64,000 nucleotides of DNA from Alphaproteobacteria bacterium. GTDB taxonomy: Bacteria; Pseudomonadota; Alphaproteobacteria; SP197. The DNA lies in contig OZ245842.1 in NCBI GenBank assembly GCA_965228895.1, forward strand, positions 4,960,001 to 5,024,000. The letters are read 5' to 3'. Position numbers and translations under genes: made by a program. Positions 60,493-64,000 of this stretch are shown here, one piece after another; positions within the stretch are counted from its first letter, which is position 1; the number at the start of each line of letters is the position of its first letter. The notes beneath the pieces were generated by a model. It had not been told where the DNA came from. It was given only the letters and a program-made list of their open reading frames with translations, and made no database searches.

Positions 60493-61182
60493 TCAGGCCG
60501 ATGGCAGCGGCGGTCTGTGCCCGAAGATGGCCGTGCCTACGCGGACATGGGTCGCGCCGAAGGTGACGGCGATTGGAAAATCGCCGCTCATACCCATGGA
60601 GAGCTGATCAAGGCCGTTGCGCCGCGCGATCTCGCGTAGCAACGCAAAGTGCATGGACGGTTCTTCGTCGAAGGGCGGGATACACATCAGCCCGACGACG
60701 TTCAGCCCGCTATCGCGCGCAATGGTAACCAGCCCGTCTGTGTCGTCAGGCAGCACGCCCGCTTTCTGCGGCTCTTCGCCCGTGTTGACCTGAACGAAGC
60801 AGGCGGGACGGCGATCCTGCTTGTCCATCTCTTTGGCCAGCGCGCGGACCAGCTTTTCGCGATCGATGGTTTGGATGACGTCAAACAGCGCGATGGCATT
60901 CTTTGCCTTGTTGGTCTGCAGAGGCCCGATCAGGTGCAGCTCGACATCGGGGAACTGTTCTATGAGTGCGGGCCACTTGGTCTCCGCCTCCTGCACCCGG
61001 TTCTCGCCGAAGACACGATGACCGGCATGGAGGACGGGCAGGATGTGCGCGGCATCATGGGTCTTGCTGACCGCAATCAAGGTGACGTCGTCGCGATTTC
61101 TGCCGGCGTCGCGCGCGGCCGCTGCGATTGCCGCGTGCACCTCCTTCAAGTTCGCCGCGACGTCTAGGTCATCACCCGTCAT
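60493..61182 (-). CDS. yggS: PLP homeostasis protein
   Basis: LIAVSKT, FGENRVQEA, HLIGPLQTNK, GLMCIPP, LSMGMSGD, VRVGTAIFG; start 61182 or 61197. Confidence 0.95.
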   Translation of the reverse strand: MTGDDLDVAANLKEVHAAIAAAARDAGRNRDDVTLIAVSKTHDAAHILPVLHAGHRVFGENRVQEAETKWPALIEQFPDVELHLIGPLQTNKAKNAIALFDVIQTIDREKLVRALAKEMDKQDRRPACFVQVNTGEEPQKAGVLPDDTDGLVTIARDSGLNVVGLMCIPPFDEEPSMHFALLREIARRNGLDQLSMGMSGDFPIAVTFGATHVRVGTAIFGHRPPLPSA

Positions 61183-62014
61183 GTCCGTCACTTCCATAAC
61201 CGAACCGTGCCATCTGTGTGCCATGGTCCGCCACAATACGGGCAGACTGTTCGTCGGTCAGCACCTGTCGCCACGTGCCGGATTGTCCGACGCGAAAAAA
61301 CTGGTCCTGGCGGTGCGAGCGTTCGACAAAGCCGGAAGTTCTTTCCTGGCGACTCAACTGCCGGAACGACGTGTTGGCCAGCGCACGGCGAAACACCTGT
61401 TCGTCGCTCGTGAGACCTAGAAAACGCAGAACGCCCGCAAAGGAAGTCTCGGGATCGCACAGCAGATCCTCATAGCGAACGGTGTGTACACTGTCGTTGC
61501 CCGGCGCCGTCCACGTCGCGACGTTCTGCGACCAGCTGCCGGGAAACTCCGTGACATGGGTTTCGTCCAGTTGGGTATGGGCGTGCTCTGTCGCCATGAT
61601 CTCGATGACGCGATCGATGGTCACCGCCAAATGATCGGCATAGGACACGGCGACATCGCGTGGGTCGCGCACCAGATAGACGGCGCCCGCCGTGACGTCG
61701 ATGGCGTGGCTCGGCTTGCCGCCGATGCGGGTCAGCGCCGAGTGGGTCTTGATCAGCATGTTGGCCGAGCCGGACCGGGCGAGCGAGCGTTGTACGTCAG
61801 CTCTGAGGGCCGCGATTCCGGCATCGCCCAACGCGTCGAGCGGCTGGTCGGCAACATGTTCGAAGTCGGGACGCCAGGCATCGCTGCGCGATGACTTGGC
61901 GAGAGCATTGAGATCAAGCGGCCCGCCCTTGTCATGCAGAACATTGTGCAAGAAGGCGCGCAGCCAGGTGTTGCCGGATTTCGGGTAGCTGGCGAGCCAG
62001 ACGATCCTGCCCAT
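61172..62014 (-). CDS. PAPS-dependent sulfotransferase (array member)
   Basis: WLASYPKSGNTW (5'-PSB), KTH, YLVRDPRDVAVS (3'-PB), RYEDL, FFRVGQSGTW. Confidence 0.9.
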   Translation of the reverse strand: MGRIVWLASYPKSGNTWLRAFLHNVLHDKGGPLDLNALAKSSRSDAWRPDFEHVADQPLDALGDAGIAALRADVQRSLARSGSANMLIKTHSALTRIGGKPSHAIDVTAGAVYLVRDPRDVAVSYADHLAVTIDRVIEIMATEHAHTQLDETHVTEFPGSWSQNVATWTAPGNDSVHTVRYEDLLCDPETSFAGVLRFLGLTSDEQVFRRALANTSFRQLSRQERTSGFVERSHRQDQFFRVGQSGTWRQVLTDEQSARIVADHGTQMARFGYGSDGHDG

Positions 62015-62026
62015 GGCGGAGCCGGC

Positions 62027-62863
62027 CTAGAATCCGTCCGGCAGGTAACCGAAGCGCGCCATCTGCGGTCGGTGTGCCTCGACGATCCTGCGCACCTGGG
62101 CGTCGCTCAGAACTTCGCGCCATTCCTCGACACGGCCTGAGCGGAAGAAATGATCTTGCACCGGCGTACGTTCAACAAACCCGGTTTTGGCTTCCATCCT
62201 TCTGGCTGTGTCGAACGCGGCGTGCCTGACCGCGCGATCGATCTTTTCGGGCGTTGTCTCGATCCGCATGAAGCTGACGAGATCACCAAAGGCGGTTTTG
62301 GCATCGTCCACCATATCCTCGTAGCGCATGATGTGGATCATCGGGCTGTCGGTCGCCGTCCAACTTGTCACATGCTGCGACCAACTGCCCATGACCTCAT
62401 ACACATTGGTCGCGTTGGTCGGCGTGCGAAACATATCGGTCGCCATGATCTCGGTCATGGCGTCAATCGCGATGCCCTGGTGATGGGCATAGGAGATGAC
62501 GACGTCCAGCGGGTTTCTGACCACATAGACCGCGCCGTGGGTCACCGTCATGTTGATCGTCGGGACACCGCCGACCTTGACGAACGCGCTGTGGGTCTTG
62601 ACCGGAACAACACCCTCGCGTGTCTGGCTGATGCGCTCCTGAACCTGGGGCCTCAGACGCGCGATGTCGGCGTCGGACCAGTCCTGCCACGGCCGCTGAT
62701 CGAACAACGCAAAACCTGCGGTGCCCGGTTCGGCAAGCGTCACCTCGCCGATCCGGTTGATGTCGAAGGGTGTCGGGCTATCCGCCAAGAGGTTACTGAG
62801 GAAAAGACGCAGCCACGTGTTGCCGGATTTCGGATAGCTGGCGAGCCACAGAATCTTACCCAT
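62027..62863 (-). CDS. PAPS-dependent sulfotransferase (array member)
   Basis: WLASYPKSGNTW, KTH, VRNPLDVVIS, RYEDM, FFRSG..EEW. Confidence 0.9.
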   Translation of the reverse strand: MGKILWLASYPKSGNTWLRLFLSNLLADSPTPFDINRIGEVTLAEPGTAGFALFDQRPWQDWSDADIARLRPQVQERISQTREGVVPVKTHSAFVKVGGVPTINMTVTHGAVYVVRNPLDVVISYAHHQGIAIDAMTEIMATDMFRTPTNATNVYEVMGSWSQHVTSWTATDSPMIHIMRYEDMVDDAKTAFGDLVSFMRIETTPEKIDRAVRHAAFDTARRMEAKTGFVERTPVQDHFFRSGRVEEWREVLSDAQVRRIVEAHRPQMARFGYLPDGF

Positions 62864-62872
62864 GTGGCGACC

Positions 62873-63709
62873 TCACATGCCGTCCGGCACGTAGCCGAAG
62901 CGCGCCATCTGCACACGGTGCCGTTCGACAAGACGCGTCACCTGACGTTCGCTGAGGACCTTGCGCCATCCGCCGCTTTGGCCGTCGCCAAAGAAGCGCC
63001 CCTGGTTTTTCGTCCGTTCGTGAAAACCGCCCTCGTCTTCGAGACGGCGCAGTACATCGATCCGCGAATGAGAAACCGCGCGCGCCAAGTTCTCCGGCGT
63101 CACCTTCAAAGTCAGGAAACCGCAAATCTCGGCGAACGTGGCTTCGGTATCAGCGATCATGTCTTCGTAGCGCACGACGTGGATCGCAGGATTGGGTTGC
63201 ATGGTCCAGCTTGCCACGTTCTGCGACCAACCGCCCTGCACGAATTCCGTCAGAGCCTCGGTGCGCGGCAGCATATGGCCAGGCGTCGACATCAAGGTAA
63301 TCGTCTGGTCGTGATCAAGCCCGGCGTGACGCGCGTAGGAGATGACGATGTCGAGCGGGTTGCGGACGATGTAAATGGCGCCGGCGCTGACCGACATGTC
63401 GAATGCCGGTTGGCCGCACATCGGCATTAGCGCGGCGTGCGTCTTGATGAAGATGCTGTCGTCGCGCAGGCCCGCCAAGTAGCGCTGCACCTTAAGCCGC
63501 AACCGTGCGACATCATCGGTTGTCCAGGACTTGGGTGGACGATCATCGACCTCGCCGTACCAGCGCATCACCGTATCGCCGGTCGACATGCGGCTGACCT
63601 CGTCCAACTGCGCCGGTTGCTCCGAGCCCGAGAAGAGGTTCAACAGCAGCATCCTGAGCCAGGTGTTGCCGGATTTCGGATAGCTGGCGAGCCAGACGAT
63701 ATTGCCCAC
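62873..63709 (-). CDS. PAPS-dependent sulfotransferase (array member)
   Basis: WLASYPKSGNTW, KTH, VRNPLDIVIS, RYEDM, FFGDGQSGGW. Confidence 0.9.
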   Translation of the reverse strand: MGNIVWLASYPKSGNTWLRMLLLNLFSGSEQPAQLDEVSRMSTGDTVMRWYGEVDDRPPKSWTTDDVARLRLKVQRYLAGLRDDSIFIKTHAALMPMCGQPAFDMSVSAGAIYIVRNPLDIVISYARHAGLDHDQTITLMSTPGHMLPRTEALTEFVQGGWSQNVASWTMQPNPAIHVVRYEDMIADTEATFAEICGFLTLKVTPENLARAVSHSRIDVLRRLEDEGGFHERTKNQGRFFGDGQSGGWRKVLSERQVTRLVERHRVQMARFGYVPDGM

Positions 63710-63780
63710 GGGTAACCGGCCGCTCCTAGGACCTGGCTAAATCGACGGGCGCACCGGCCACGAATAGGGCGTCGGAAACG

Positions 63781-64000
63781 CTAGAGGCCGTCGGGCACAT
63801 AACTGAACCGCTCCATCTGTTTGCGGTGTGCGGCAACCACGGCGCGTGCCTCATCATCGGTCAGCTCGCCGCGCCACGACCCGGACTTCCCGGTTCGAAA
63901 GAAGCGACGCTGCGCCATCGTTCGTTCACGAAAGCCATCCCGTTCCTCAAGCGCGCGAAGAACACTGAAGGACGAGTTCTCGACGGCGCGTTCGATCCGT
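63781..64000 (-). CDS. Fourth sulfotransferase, C-terminal fragment truncated by window (not in ORF track)
   Basis: Manual translation RIERAVENSSFSVLRALEERDGFRERTMAQRRFFRTGKSGSWRGELTDDEARAVVAAHRKQMERFSYVPDGL* aligns with the C-termini of the three neighbours. Confidence 0.88.
   Translation of the reverse strand, partial: RIERAVENSSFSVLRALEERDGFRERTMAQRRFFRTGKSGSWRGELTDDEARAVVAAHRKQMERFSYVPDGL

Overview
A GC-rich, gene-dense alphaproteobacterial chromosomal segment (CenR-type regulator, DUF1127 proteins and GANTC-rich repeats point to this class) with about 63 protein-coding genes. I saw no rRNA, tRNA, CRISPR array, transposase or phage genes. 1-19 kb: catabolic and transport genes, including a flavin oxidoreductase, NreB-like MFS, two MATEs, two Rieske oxygenases, a homocysteine methyltransferase, a MarR/divergent ureohydrolase/amidohydrolase unit and a frameshifted EamA. 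19-31 kb: two DUF1127 genes around purC, an RND pump, pabB, xth and a Na/Pi cotransporter with a pho box. 31-54 kb: a large divergent locus with a cNMP-binding protein, an unusual split-NBD ABC exporter, four glycosyltransferases, a phosphatase, a deacetylase and a peptide-type ABC importer, with an adenylate cyclase/methyltransferase/MBL-hydrolase operon nearby; this is the best candidate for an uncharacterised system. 54-64 kb: pyrE, cenR, a LonC-like protease, an L,D-transpeptidase, yggS and a tandem array of at least 4 sulfotransferases. Three intergenic repeat families occur, one a 5-copy ~70-nt covarying hairpin. Product calls rest on motif recognition by eye, not database searches.
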